The notes beneath the pieces were generated by a model. That model was not told the origin of the DNA. It saw only the letters and a program-made list of their open reading frames with translations, and did not search any database. This document shows, piece after piece, positions 38,460 to 49,188 of a stretch of DNA of 64,000 bases (position 1 is its first letter; each line of letters opens with the position of its first letter). The position numbers and the translations under genes were made by a program. The DNA is from Chitinophagaceae bacterium UBA4857. Lineage in GTDB: Bacteria; Bacteroidota; Bacteroidia; Chitinophagales; Chitinophagaceae. The stretch covers positions 24,828-88,827 of the forward strand of contig DHEF01000053.1 in the NCBI GenBank assembly GCA_002399735.1, in the 5' to 3' direction.

Positions 38460-40394
38460 ATGTATTGGCTGCGTTATATGATAATCTTTGTTTTGCTGCT
38501 ATTATCAGTTTCGCGTTTAACGGCGCAAACATCAAAAATTGACAGTCTGAAACTGTTAATTCGTGCAGAGAAAGAAAAAAGAAAGTTATTACCCCTGCTT
38601 CAACAGTTGGGCAACGAACAATATTCCATGAATATTGATACGGCAATGTGGTATGCCCGGCAAACACAAACCCTCGCAAAGGAAACAGGTAGTGAGTCTG
38701 ATAAAGAAATGGCCGCTTATATACTGGCTACGGCTTACTGGCGAAGTGAGGTTAATGATACCGCAATGTATCTGATTAATCAACATTTACAAAAAGCAAT
38801 ACCGGAACAGCTTGTTGATAGGGAGTGGTATTTTAAATGGTTGGTGTTACGTATAAGGTTGTACACTACGAGTGCCATGTTAAATGAAGCAACGGAAGAT
38901 GTGTACAGGTTAATGGCCGATGCAGAGCAGTATAATGATACGGTGAACCGTATTATTGCTTACAATGCTGTTGGGTTGCTGAAACGGAGGTCGGAGAAAA
39001 GTGCTACTGAGTCTTTAAACTGGTTTTTAAAAGCGTCAGCTTTAATAAGGGCCAATAAAAAGTTTGATAACTATCCTATCGTGTACGGTAACCTGGCCAG
39101 GGCCTACTTGAAAATGGGGAAAAAAGATTCGGCGGTATGGTATGCCGATAAAGCGGTTGTGAATGCGAGGACAACGGGAAATCTTTCATTTTTACAAACT
39201 ATCCTGTCCATTCAAACAGATGTGTTAAGTGGTGCCGGTAATTATGATGGTGCCGAAAGCGCCTTGATGGAATCTATCTCTATATCCAATAAAGTTAGTG
39301 CCGATACTTTGTATGCAGATGACATTCACCGGCTGGCAAACTTTTACAATGTTACGGGACAATTTGATAAGACAATAACCCTTTGTAAAAAGTACCTGGA
39401 AACAGATACGGTACCGGAATACCAGGTAATGTATTTAGAGCCATTGGCTGAGGCTTACAAATTAAGCGGGCAGCAACAATTATATACCAGAACAATGGAA
39501 GAATTGCTGGTAGCCAAAGAGCTTTTTTACAAGGCCGATTTTGCCAAAACATCGATGGAGATGGAAACAAGGTATGAGGCCCAGAAGAAAGAGAATACCA
39601 TTATACAGCAGCAGTTAGATCTTTACCGAAAGGATTTGTTTTTTTATGGTTTATTGGCACTGTTGTTTATAATAGTTGTGATAGCTTTAATGAGCTTTTA
39701 CAATTACAAAAAAAGAGAAAAATTAAAACTGCGGATGTTGCTGCAGCAGGAAAAAGATGCGTCACTACTGGCAGTAACGCAGGCGCAGGAAAGCGAACGT
39801 AAACGTATTGCAACTGATCTGCATGATAACCTGGGTGCTTATGCAGCATCAATAGTATCTAACCTGGAGTTTATTAAAACAGAACAGGATAATGAGCAAA
39901 GTAAAACGGCTATGCAGCAATTAAGGCATAACTCATTGTCAATAGTTGCCGAACTTAGCGATACTATATGGGTATTAAAAAAAGATGTTTTATCCTTAAC
40001 GGCCATCAGTGACAGGGTGAAGTTGTTTGTAAAAAGAATGCAACCCAGTTTTCCTGATACAGAAATTCAGGTGGCAGAGGATATTAGTTTTGATCGTGAT
40101 TTTTCTCCCGCAGGAGCCTATCATTTATTTCAGATTATACAGGAGATTGTAACCAATGCATTAAGGCATAGCAGCTCCCGGCATGTGGATATATTTCTGG
40201 AGTCTGATGATAAAGACTGGAAAGTACAGGTGGCAGATGATGGCATTGGCATGCCGGCTATAGCGGCTACTGATAAAAGTGAAGGAGGAAACGGACTTAC
40301 TAATGTGCAGGCGAGAGCAGGTGAAGCAGGTTGCCGGGTAAACTGGCTACCGGGTATAGACGGTGGAACCGTAGTAGTTATAAAGGCGAAATAA
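38460..40394 (+). CDS. Sensor histidine kinase: periplasmic TPR repeats, TM, HisKA_3, HATPase
   Basis: Signal peptide from ATG 38460 (TATATTTG upstream), ERKRIATDLHDNLG, QEIVTNALRH, DDGIG, GNGL. Confidence 0.92.
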   Translation: MYWLRYMIIFVLLLLSVSRLTAQTSKIDSLKLLIRAEKEKRKLLPLLQQLGNEQYSMNIDTAMWYARQTQTLAKETGSESDKEMAAYILATAYWRSEVNDTAMYLINQHLQKAIPEQLVDREWYFKWLVLRIRLYTTSAMLNEATEDVYRLMADAEQYNDTVNRIIAYNAVGLLKRRSEKSATESLNWFLKASALIRANKKFDNYPIVYGNLARAYLKMGKKDSAVWYADKAVVNARTTGNLSFLQTILSIQTDVLSGAGNYDGAESALMESISISNKVSADTLYADDIHRLANFYNVTGQFDKTITLCKKYLETDTVPEYQVMYLEPLAEAYKLSGQQQLYTRTMEELLVAKELFYKADFAKTSMEMETRYEAQKKENTIIQQQLDLYRKDLFFYGLLALLFIIVVIALMSFYNYKKREKLKLRMLLQQEKDASLLAVTQAQESERKRIATDLHDNLGAYAASIVSNLEFIKTEQDNEQSKTAMQQLRHNSLSIVAELSDTIWVLKKDVLSLTAISDRVKLFVKRMQPSFPDTEIQVAEDISFDRDFSPAGAYHLFQIIQEIVTNALRHSSSRHVDIFLESDDKDWKVQVADDGIGMPAIAATDKSEGGNGLTNVQARAGEAGCRVNWLPGIDGGTVVVIKAK

Positions 40395-40407
40395 TGTTTT
40401 TGAATAA

Positions 40408-40423
40408 TACTACAAATTGGGTA
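40408..40423. promoter_or_regulatory. NarL-type 7-2-7 operator upstream of the cognate response regulator
   Basis: TACTACA-AA-TTGGGTA, 23 nt before CAACTTTA, which lies 4 nt before the ATG. Confidence 0.65.
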
Positions 40424-40458
40424 TTGTATCTTAATGGGATATTAAACAACTTTACAGC

Positions 40459-41151
40459 ATGGCAACAAATTTTACCATTGCGTTTGTAGATGATAATAAA
40501 GTGAACAGGAATACTTTTATGCAAAAAATAAAACTGTTGCCTGAACTGGATTTGTTGTTTATGGCCGAAAATGGTCATCAGTGTTTAGAAGAATTACGGG
40601 GTTTGCCGCATCAGAAAATTCCGCAGGTAATTTTCATGGACCTTGAAATGCCGGAAATGGATGGCGTAGAAGCAATACGATTGGCAAAAGCCCTGTACCC
40701 TTCGGCACATTTTATTGTACTGACAGTTTTTGATGATGATGAAAAAATATTTGAAGCAATCAAAGCAGGGGCATCAGGTTACTTATTAAAACATGAGCCG
40801 GCGCAGGTATTGTATGAATCTGTAGTGAATGTAATTGAATTTGGTGGTGCGCCTATGAGCCCGGCAATTGCCCGTAAGTCGCTGCAACTATTAAGCCGTT
40901 TACAGGCAACAGAGATTAATACCGAAACAGGGGCAACCAAAAATACTTTGCCGCAGGCAATTACCCAGCGTGAAAAAGAAATTTTACAGCATATGGTCAA
41001 TGGCTGGGATGCCAAACATATAGCCTCCGTAGTGGACTTAAGTGTACTTACTGTCCGTAAACATATTGCTAATATTTACGATAAACTTCATATTAACTCA
41101 AAGGCGCAGGCTATCAGCCTGGCACATCAGCAAAAATGGTTTGACAAGTAA
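40459..41151 (+). CDS. NarL/LuxR-family response regulator, cognate to the 38460 kinase
   Basis: FVDD, IFMDLEMP, GASGYLLK, TQREKEIL, TVRKHIANIYDKL. Confidence 0.93.
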   Translation: MATNFTIAFVDDNKVNRNTFMQKIKLLPELDLLFMAENGHQCLEELRGLPHQKIPQVIFMDLEMPEMDGVEAIRLAKALYPSAHFIVLTVFDDDEKIFEAIKAGASGYLLKHEPAQVLYESVVNVIEFGGAPMSPAIARKSLQLLSRLQATEINTETGATKNTLPQAITQREKEILQHMVNGWDAKHIASVVDLSVLTVRKHIANIYDKLHINSKAQAISLAHQQKWFDK

Positions 41152-41220
41152 TAATAGTATATAGTATCAAGTATTTAGTATGTAGAATAAGTTATTCAAA
41201 TACATACTAAATACTAAAAT

Positions 41221-41670
41221 CTAAAAATTCAATGAACAGTTAATCCACTCGCCATCTAAATTTGCATTGTATTTTTTGTAAAAGTTAATGGCGGGTTCGT
41301 TCCAGTCTAATACCTGCCACATCATACCGCTAAACTTTTTTTCTTTACACTCTTCAATTAATGTGTCCATTAGCTTAGCGCCAATACCTTGTCCACGCAT
41401 AGCTTCGTTTACAATAATATCTTCTAAATACATACGTTGTCCTTTCCAGGTACTGTAACGTATATAGTATAAAGCCATGCCTACAATTTTACCTTCTAAC
41501 TCCGCCACAAATGCCCACCATATGGGGCTAGGGCCAAAACCGCTTTCGGTAAAATGTTCAAGGCTAACAGTAACTTGTTCCGGTGCTTTTTCGTATAAAG
41601 CCAGTTCATTTATTAATGTTAACATAGCCGGACAATCGTCGGCTACTGCTCTTCTGATTTGTGTGTTCAT
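41221..41670 (-). CDS. GNAT acetyltransferase (diamine acetyltransferase-like)
   Basis: ELALYEK, YSTWKG, YLEDIIV, RGQGIG, VLDWNEPAINFY. Confidence 0.9.
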   Translation of the reverse strand: MNTQIRRAVADDCPAMLTLINELALYEKAPEQVTVSLEHFTESGFGPSPIWWAFVAELEGKIVGMALYYIRYSTWKGQRMYLEDIIVNEAMRGQGIGAKLMDTLIEECKEKKFSGMMWQVLDWNEPAINFYKKYNANLDGEWINCSLNF

Positions 41671-43472
41671 TTTTTTCTTTTGGCTTTAAATGTGCCATTG
41701 GGTTGTATAAAACTTAATCCGGTAGCTTCTTGTTTATCGTTCATATCAAACTTAATACTATATCCTTTGGCAATAGTCAGGTTAAATACATGGTCTGATG
41801 CCGGTGCTAATTCATAATCAGGTTGGCCGGGTACTAACACCATTAAGGTTTTATTATTACGTATGTAAACATTAACAGTTGCTCCCTCCAAATCATATTC
41901 ACCCGTGTACTTTTTCAGGTCGGTTTCTTTTACATCAATACTAGGTGCCAGTTTGCTGAATTTTATTGCGGCTACACTTGGCTCTATTACACAGGAGAGG
42001 TAATCTATATTTCCCATTACATCTAAATGAAACTGTATTTTAGTCGCATCTTTAACCTCGTTAGGTTTTTTTTCAGTTGATAATATCCTGAATACATCAT
42101 AATGATAATGCACTAAATAGGAAGTTGTTTTTTTACCTGCTTCGTTATAATCAATCCAAAGCGTATCGTTTTCTATAAATGTTTTTACGATGCCATAACC
42201 TTTGTTTTCAAAGTTGCCTGCATACGCAGTCAGTGCTAATGATGGGCGGGTGTTTGGTTTTTTATTAATACTATCTGTATTAGGCAGCGTATTACTTAAT
42301 GAGTCGGCTTTTTGGCGTGCTTCCAAATCTCTTTTACCCCAACTTCTATCAGTTAATTTCAGCATTTTATCTGCTATAAAGTTTCTTACAGCAGTAGTTA
42401 CTTCCGATTGACTGCTGACTACAAAAATGCCAATACTATCCGATGGAAAAAAACCAGTGGAGCTGATGAATCCATCAATACCACCACCATGTTCAACACG
42501 GTAATGACCACGATAACTGGCCATGCTCCATGCTAAACCATAAGTGCCAAAATGTATATCAGGGTTTATAGTGCCGGGTACGCCACCTCCTGTTGTAATT
42601 TGTGGCGTAATGGCTTGTGCATAATAACTTTTAGGAATAATTTCTTTGTCGTTATACTTGCCTCCATTAATCCAGGTGATTAACCATTTAGCCATATCAT
42701 TTGCACTACTGTTAATAGATCCCGCGGGGCCAATTGCATCAATATTACGATAAGGAATGGCTTTGGTTTGTTTATTCTCTAAAGAGTAAGCAAGTGAACG
42801 GTCATCCGATTTTTCTAAGTCTAATACAGAAGTGTTACTAACACTCATACCTAATGGAGCAAATATGCGTTCCTTAACATTTTGCTCCCAGCTTTTGCCG
42901 GTTAGTTTTTCTATTACAACACCTTGTGCCATAAACATAAAGTTGTTGTACTGGTAGCCCTGTCTTAATTCTAAAGAAGGCTCTAAAAATTCAATTCTGC
43001 TTAGCAACTCTTTACGGGTAGCGGTACTGCCATACCAGGATGCATCATGCCTGGGTAAACCACTGCGATGCGTCATCATATCACGTAGGGTGATATGTTT
43101 ATTGGTATAATCGTTTTTAAACTTTAACTCCGGTAAATAATCTCGTACCGGTTTATCAATATCTACCAATCCTTCTTTTTGTAACATGCCCACTAAAGAA
43201 GCCGTGAACGCCTTACTACAAGAGCCAATGGCAAATAGGGTATTGGCTGTTACCGGTAACTTTTTTTCTACATCACGAAAGCCAAATCCACCAGTGTACA
43301 CCACTTTATTTTTTTCAATAACAGCTATAGATACACCTGGTGCCTGAAAATCCTTCAGTATTTTTTCAGCAAATACATCCAGACCTTTTAAGCGGCCATC
43401 AGTAGGTTTTTGGGCAATGGTAGTAAGGCTTAAAAAGCCAATACTAATACCGGTTAAAATGAGTTTGTGCAT
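41667..43472 (-). CDS. Secreted serine hydrolase (beta-lactamase family) with DUF3471-like C-terminal repeats
   Basis: IGSCSK (SxxK), MTHRSG, YNN, HGGGIDGF; two C-terminal YAGNF/YTGEY modules. Confidence 0.88.
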   Translation of the reverse strand: MHKLILTGISIGFLSLTTIAQKPTDGRLKGLDVFAEKILKDFQAPGVSIAVIEKNKVVYTGGFGFRDVEKKLPVTANTLFAIGSCSKAFTASLVGMLQKEGLVDIDKPVRDYLPELKFKNDYTNKHITLRDMMTHRSGLPRHDASWYGSTATRKELLSRIEFLEPSLELRQGYQYNNFMFMAQGVVIEKLTGKSWEQNVKERIFAPLGMSVSNTSVLDLEKSDDRSLAYSLENKQTKAIPYRNIDAIGPAGSINSSANDMAKWLITWINGGKYNDKEIIPKSYYAQAITPQITTGGGVPGTINPDIHFGTYGLAWSMASYRGHYRVEHGGGIDGFISSTGFFPSDSIGIFVVSSQSEVTTAVRNFIADKMLKLTDRSWGKRDLEARQKADSLSNTLPNTDSINKKPNTRPSLALTAYAGNFENKGYGIVKTFIENDTLWIDYNEAGKKTTSYLVHYHYDVFRILSTEKKPNEVKDATKIQFHLDVMGNIDYLSCVIEPSVAAIKFSKLAPSIDVKETDLKKYTGEYDLEGATVNVYIRNNKTLMVLVPGQPDYELAPASDHVFNLTIAKGYSIKFDMNDKQEATGLSFIQPNGTFKAKRKK

Positions 43473-43519
43473 AATAGAAATTATAGTTGATTGCAAAGTG
43501 AAATAATAAAGCGTTTTAT

Positions 43520-44746
43520 TTATTGTAAAGCCTGTTTTAAATCTTGTATAATATCCTGCACATTTTCAATACCTACACTCATACGAATCAATCCATCGGT
43601 AATGCCATACTTAATACGTTCCTCACGTGGTACACTGTAATGCGTCATAGATGCAGGATGCGATAACAAGGTATCACAAGTTCCTAGTGATACGGTACGG
43701 GTACACATTTGCAGTTTATTCATAAAATCAATGCCAGCTTGTAAACCATTTTTTAATTCAAAGCTTAACATAGCACCCGGGTGACGCATTTGTTTTTTGG
43801 CAATAGCATAATCGGGGTGGTTACTTAAACCGTTATAGTTAACTTTTGCAATGGCAGGATGTTGTTGTAAAAACTCGGCAACCTGTGTTGCATTATTACA
43901 ATGGCGCTCCATACGCAGCTCCAATGTTTTCATGCCATTGATTAATAAAAAAGCGTCAAACGGATTGGCATTGCCACCTAATGTTTTTGCCATTGTTCTT
44001 ACTCGCTTTTTCATTGTTTCTGTATCGGTACCTAATAATATGCCACCAATGGCAGTACCATGTCCGTTTAAAAACTTAGTGGTGGAATGTACAATATAAT
44101 CCACCCCAAACTTAAATGGTTGTTGTAAATATGGTGTAGCAAAGGTATTATCACAAGCGGTTATTAATCCATATTGCTTAGCGGTATTTACCAGTACTTC
44201 AATGTCCACACATTGTATGGTAGGGTTGGCGGGTGTTTCTATATACACCATTTTAATAGCCGGATCGTTTTTAATGATATCCGGAGCAATTGACGCATCC
44301 CGCAAGTCGGCAATAACTGCTGTAATACCCAAGGGGGGTAAAACGTTTTTCATTATTTGTTCGGTACCACCGTATAAAGAAAAATGGGATAAAATTTTAT
44401 CGCCGGGTTTTAAGGTAGATAATAATAAAGTGGTAATAGCTGCCATACCCGATGCATGTAAAATGCCTTCGGCTTGTAAAGCATTACCTTCTTTATCCTG
44501 CAAACCAAAACATTCCAGTGCGGCAATTTTTTCTTCTGCTTCTCTAAAAGTAGGATTCCCCCAGCGGCTATAAATATAACCATCTTCCTGTCCGCTAAAA
44601 CGGCGCATGCCTTGTTCTGCATCATCATATACAAATGTGCTACTGGCATAAATGGGTACTAAGTGAGCATAGTTTGGGTCTTGCGTATGACCGGCATGTA
44701 CACAGGCCGAACTGAAACCGTCGAAGGGTAAAATATTAGTATTCAA
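43520..44746 (-). CDS. PLP-dependent Cys/Met metabolism enzyme (methionine gamma-lyase-like)
   Basis: YSRWGNPT, SGMAAI, ETPANP, DNTFATP, HSTTKFLNGHG, SLG, HPASMTH, RMSVGIE. TTG start. Confidence 0.9.
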   Translation of the reverse strand: MNTNILPFDGFSSACVHAGHTQDPNYAHLVPIYASSTFVYDDAEQGMRRFSGQEDGYIYSRWGNPTFREAEEKIAALECFGLQDKEGNALQAEGILHASGMAAITTLLLSTLKPGDKILSHFSLYGGTEQIMKNVLPPLGITAVIADLRDASIAPDIIKNDPAIKMVYIETPANPTIQCVDIEVLVNTAKQYGLITACDNTFATPYLQQPFKFGVDYIVHSTTKFLNGHGTAIGGILLGTDTETMKKRVRTMAKTLGGNANPFDAFLLINGMKTLELRMERHCNNATQVAEFLQQHPAIAKVNYNGLSNHPDYAIAKKQMRHPGAMLSFELKNGLQAGIDFMNKLQMCTRTVSLGTCDTLLSHPASMTHYSVPREERIKYGITDGLIRMSVGIENVQDIIQDLKQALQ

Positions 44747-44969
44747 GAACTATAAATTGAGGGGTTGAAAATGAGTGGAAAGATAAAACAAAATCGTAAG
44801 TATAAGTGACAATTGACAATGGACAAGTGAAAATTTGAATACGCCTAAATGCTGAAAGCTGAATGCTTAACGCTAAATGCAAAGAAATGAACATACTGCT
44901 GATTAGCATTACCGAACACCCCGATTAAAATACCCCGAACAACGGGGTTAGAAACGGGGTACTGCACAG

Positions 44970-45085
44970 TGCTCAATAGAATTAATTCGACATTAGTTAT
45001 TGTATTAGCCTCATTGAGGCTTTGCGTTGTTGCAGCACAAGTGAGTGACACAACAGACGATGATAGTAGTAATGCAGCTGATAAC
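44970..45085 (-). repeat. Long dispersed repeat copy
   Basis: Reverse complement aligns with 34005-34117; carries the TTGTGTCACTCACTTG core. Confidence 0.9.
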
Positions 45086-45259
45086 AAAAGAAAGTATTTA
45101 GTATGTAGAAAGGGGCGCCTACATGATTACTATAACCTTGAACTTTTGAACATTGAACTGCTGGAACTTCTTAAACCTTTGGAACTTAATAATCTTACAT
45201 AAAAAAGTACGCAACACTACAGTGCTGCGTACTTAAAACTTATTACTTATAACTTACTA

Positions 45260-46261
45260 CTACTTACTGTCGTAAGCCCACTTTAACCAGGTAGCTCCCC
45301 AGGTAAAGCCACCACCAAAGGCAGCTAACACAATGTTGTCGCCTTTTTTAAGTTTGCTTTCCCACTCCCATAAGCAAAGCGGAATAGTTGCTGCGGTAGT
45401 GTTGCCAAATTTTTCAATGTTAATCATTACTTTTTCTTTGGGCATACCAATGCGGTCGGCAGTAGCATCTATAATACGCAGATTAGCCTGGTGTGGCACC
45501 AGCCAGCTAATATCATCGCCTGTAAGGTTGTTTCGTTCCAATAGTTCGGCACTAACATCCGCCATGCCTTTAACCGCAAATTTAAATACCGTTTTACCTT
45601 CCTGAAAAGCAAAATGCTCACGTGCTGCTACTGTTTCAGCAGTTGCCGGATAAGCCGATCCTCCGGCTTTCATACGCAAAAATTCTGCACCGCTACCATC
45701 ACTTTTTAAAATACTGTCTTGTATACCCAAATCTTCTTCGCTGGGTTCCAATAAAACCGCCGCAGCACCGTCGCCAAAAATAATACAGGTAGCACGGTCC
45801 GTGTAATCAATAATGGCACTCATTTTATCGGCACCTACTACCACTACTTTTTTGTAGCGGCCACTTTCAATAAGCGATGCGCCTAATGTTAGCGAGTATA
45901 AAAAGCCCGAGCAGGCCGCCGACAAATCAAAGCCCCAGGCATTTTTTGCGCCTATTTTATTACAAACTACATTGGCAGTAGCCGGAAAAACCATGTCGGG
46001 GGTAACAGTACCCACAATCATGCAATCAATTTCCAGGGGGTCAATGCCACGTTTTTCCAATAGCTGTTGTACAGCAGGAACAATCATTTCCGATACGCCT
46101 TTTCCTTCGCCTTTTAAAATGCGACGCTCCGAAATACCGGTACGGGTCCTGATCCACTCGTCATTGGTATCAACCAGTTTCTCCAGGTCAAAATTGGTTA
46201 ATTTATCTTCCGGAACATAGCCTCCAACCGCAGTTATAGCGGCTTTAATAGTACTGCTCAT
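45260..46261 (-). CDS. fabH: 3-oxoacyl-ACP synthase III
   Basis: [45 protein letters not shown]. True start ATG 46261; the ORF-track extension reads through a repeat. Confidence 0.96.
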   Translation of the reverse strand: MSSTIKAAITAVGGYVPEDKLTNFDLEKLVDTNDEWIRTRTGISERRILKGEGKGVSEMIVPAVQQLLEKRGIDPLEIDCMIVGTVTPDMVFPATANVVCNKIGAKNAWGFDLSAACSGFLYSLTLGASLIESGRYKKVVVVGADKMSAIIDYTDRATCIIFGDGAAAVLLEPSEEDLGIQDSILKSDGSGAEFLRMKAGGSAYPATAETVAAREHFAFQEGKTVFKFAVKGMADVSAELLERNNLTGDDISWLVPHQANLRIIDATADRIGMPKEKVMINIEKFGNTTAATIPLCLWEWESKLKKGDNIVLAAFGGGFTWGATWLKWAYDSK

Positions 46262-46369
46262 GCAACAAATTATTGTTAGTCTTAAAAAATTGGGTACGAA
46301 GATAAGGCAAGCAGCATGAACAAAAATTAACTGCCCCCAAAACTTGTTTAAACAAATGGTTGTTAGGTG

Positions 46370-46487
46370 TTTGGGGCTGTCATCGTCCCGTTCATCTATC
46401 AGCAGCAGTACCCGCTTTGCGCTACAAATCCGGCACAGCCCCTCAGCACCCATCCTCACCGGGTTTTTCGCTGCAATCGGGCAGCCC
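46370..46487 (-). repeat. GGCTG...AGCCCCAAA element (118 nt)
   Basis: Minus strand starts gggctgc, contains gtgccgg, gcggg and gctgctgatag, and ends gatgacagccccaaa. Confidence 0.7.
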
Positions 46488-46662
46488 GTGAAATGCAGGA
46501 TTGCTGATATCTGATTTGCTGATGTCTGATTTGATCTGTGATCTAATATTTTTTGATGTAAGATCTTTTAGTCTTCATTGTTAAAGAGTATTAGGAACAA
46601 AATCCAGTGTACTCATGACAATCTTGAACTTTTGAACATTGAACCCTTGAACTTCCTTCTTC

Positions 46663-46676
46663 CTGATTAAAATCAT
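46663..46676. promoter_or_regulatory. FNR-like box upstream of ccoI
   Basis: CTGAT-TAAA-ATCAT versus FNR consensus TTGAT-N4-ATCAA. Confidence 0.55.
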
Positions 46677-46773
46677 ATTTCCGTCATTACCACGTCATTA
46701 ATTAACCTGTACCAATACAGGAGGTTTGCATAGGAAAGGATAATACATCTGGTAATACATAATACCAACTATT

Positions 46774-49188
46774 TTGAAAGACGCAATACATAAAGTAAAG
46801 CAAACCTGTTACCACTGTGGTGAGGACTGCGCAAAAACAGTTATAAAACTACAGGATAAGGTTTTTTGCTGCGATGGCTGCAAACTGGTTTACGAAATAT
46901 TAAACCAAAGCGAGTTGTGTGCTTATTACGATATGAATGCTCATCCCGGACTTACACAAAAAATAAAAGTAAGAACCAATAAGTTTAGTTTTCTGGATGA
47001 TGAAAAGATTGCACAAAAATTGATTCAATATACCGACGGTAAACAAACCCATGTAACTTTTTATTTACCACAAATGCATTGCAGCAGTTGTTTGTGGCTG
47101 TTGGAAAACCTGCATAAAATAAATGCAGGTGTTATTTCCTCCCGGGTAAATTTTAATACCAAAGAAGCTTTTATTGTTTTTGATAATGATAAAACAACTT
47201 TACGTAAAGTTGTGGAAACGCTTACTGCTATTGGTTATGAGCCGCATATTAGTTTACACGATATTGGCGGCGTAAAAACAAACCATTACAATAAAACCCG
47301 TTTATATAAAATGGGTATTGCCGGCTTTTGTTTTGTGAATATCATGATGATGAGCCTGCCGGAATATTTTGCTGTGGATGAAAGCATGCAGTTAGACATT
47401 GGAACTGTTTTTAAATACATTACCCTGGTATTGTCCATACCGGTTTTATTGTATTGTGCATCTGAGTTTTTTATAAGTGCGTGGAAAGGGCTTAAAAACA
47501 AATACCTGAACATTGATGCACCCATTGCTTTAGCCATTGCTATTACGTTTGGCAGAAGTTTGTACGAGTTTTTTATAGTGGGTGGCAATATGTACCTGGA
47601 TAGTATGAGCGGCATCGTATTTTTCATGCTCATTGGTCGTTGGGCACAGGAAAAAACACAACAATCACTTTCGTTTGACAGGGATTTTAAATCGTTTTTC
47701 CCTATTGCCGTAAATGTAAAAACAGATAATGGGTTTATGCCGGCCCCCATTGAGCAAATTGGCGAAAACGATATCATAGAAATTTACAACAACGAACTTA
47801 TTCCGGCTGATGCCATTATTTCCAAAGGGAAAGCTGTTATTGACTACAGCTTTGTAACCGGAGAAAGTGTTTTAATTACCAAAGAGGTGGGTGAAATTGT
47901 GTACGCAGGCGGTAAACAATGTGCCGAAAAATTGGAGTTGTTGGTGGTTAAAAAGTCATCACAAAGTTACCTTACCAATTTATGGAATAAGGATGTGTTT
48001 AAGGAAGAAAAGAAAGAATCATTTTTTATACATGCATTAAGTAATTACTTTACCGTAATTGTATTTATAATAAGTGGTATAGCAGCGGCTTACTGGTTAT
48101 GGCAGGGCCAAACACAAACCATGTGGGATGTATTAACTACTGTGTTGATTATTGCATGTCCCTGTGCTTTATTATTATCCTCCACCTTTACCAACGGTAA
48201 TGTATTACGTATTTTAAGTAAAAACAAATTGTACTTGCGTCACCCGGATGTAATACAACAAATGGCCGAAGCCGACCATATTGTATTTGATAAAACCGGT
48301 ACACTTACTCAGGGCAATAAATTAAAAGTAAGTTATGAGGGTGTAGCACTAAACGCAGGGCAACAAAAACTGGTGGCGTCGTTACTGGCTCAATCTAATC
48401 ATCCGCTTAGTCAATCGGTTTTACAATATCTGGATATAGCTGATTTATATGAGGTAAAAGACTTTAAAAATCATACAGGTTCCGGTATAGAAGGCTGGAT
48501 TAACGAAACCTATATAAAAGTAGGTAACGCCACTTTTGTAGGTATAGTACAAGAACGTGAAAAGCAATCCGGCTCCGCTGTATTTGTAAAAATTGAAAAT
48601 GAAGTGTTAGGCCGTTATAATGTAAAAGGTGTTTACCGTTTGGGCTTTGCTCAACTAATGGCCGAGTTACAAACAAAATACCATGTTTCCATCCTTAGCG
48701 GCGATAATGATGCAGAAGCGGCAACGTTGGAAAAAGTAATAGGCCCTAACTGTGAAATGTTATTTCATCAATCACCCGAGGATAAACTGGCTTATATAAA
48801 ATACCTGCAAGATGTAAAAAAACGAAAAGTGGTAATGGTTGGCGATGGTTTAAACGATGCGGGTGCTTTAAAACAGAGTAATGTAGGTATTGCACTTGCC
48901 GAGCAAAAAAACAATTTTACGCCGGCTTCCGACGGTATTATGGAAGCCTCCGTTTTTGCCAACTTCAACAAGTTTATGCAGTATGCCAATAGTGGTAAAC
49001 GTATTATCATTTTTAGCTTTATAATATCTATCATCTATAATATCATCGGTTTATTCTTTGCCGTACAGGGCATGTTAGCGCCGGTAATTGCGGCTATTTT
49101 AATGCCGGCCTCTTCTATCAGCATCATATTGGTTACCTACGGATTAAGTGAATGGCGGGCCCGATCATTCCGCCTTACAATGCCATGA
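46774..49188 (+). CDS. ccoI: Heavy-metal (Cu) P1B-type ATPase for cbb3 assembly
   Basis: N-terminal CYHCG...CCDGC, MHCSSC metal-binding site, TGES, CPC, DKTGT, GDGLND. TTG start uncertain. Confidence 0.92.
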   Translation: MKDAIHKVKQTCYHCGEDCAKTVIKLQDKVFCCDGCKLVYEILNQSELCAYYDMNAHPGLTQKIKVRTNKFSFLDDEKIAQKLIQYTDGKQTHVTFYLPQMHCSSCLWLLENLHKINAGVISSRVNFNTKEAFIVFDNDKTTLRKVVETLTAIGYEPHISLHDIGGVKTNHYNKTRLYKMGIAGFCFVNIMMMSLPEYFAVDESMQLDIGTVFKYITLVLSIPVLLYCASEFFISAWKGLKNKYLNIDAPIALAIAITFGRSLYEFFIVGGNMYLDSMSGIVFFMLIGRWAQEKTQQSLSFDRDFKSFFPIAVNVKTDNGFMPAPIEQIGENDIIEIYNNELIPADAIISKGKAVIDYSFVTGESVLITKEVGEIVYAGGKQCAEKLELLVVKKSSQSYLTNLWNKDVFKEEKKESFFIHALSNYFTVIVFIISGIAAAYWLWQGQTQTMWDVLTTVLIIACPCALLLSSTFTNGNVLRILSKNKLYLRHPDVIQQMAEADHIVFDKTGTLTQGNKLKVSYEGVALNAGQQKLVASLLAQSNHPLSQSVLQYLDIADLYEVKDFKNHTGSGIEGWINETYIKVGNATFVGIVQEREKQSGSAVFVKIENEVLGRYNVKGVYRLGFAQLMAELQTKYHVSILSGDNDAEAATLEKVIGPNCEMLFHQSPEDKLAYIKYLQDVKKRKVVMVGDGLNDAGALKQSNVGIALAEQKNNFTPASDGIMEASVFANFNKFMQYANSGKRIIIFSFIISIIYNIIGLFFAVQGMLAPVIAAILMPASSISIILVTYGLSEWRARSFRLTMP

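Noticed and set aside
44747-44960. SAM riboswitch upstream of the methionine gamma-lyase-like gene; also preQ1, TPP or cobalamin riboswitches elsewhere
   Set aside because: No conserved aptamer cores were recognisable by eye; the region is occupied by 7-mer tracts. An Rfam/Infernal scan would be decisive.
46262-46459. 66-aa N-terminal extension of FabH in the ORF track
   Set aside because: It is translated from the GGCTG...AGCCCCAAA element; FabH homology begins at [13 protein letters not shown] (46261).
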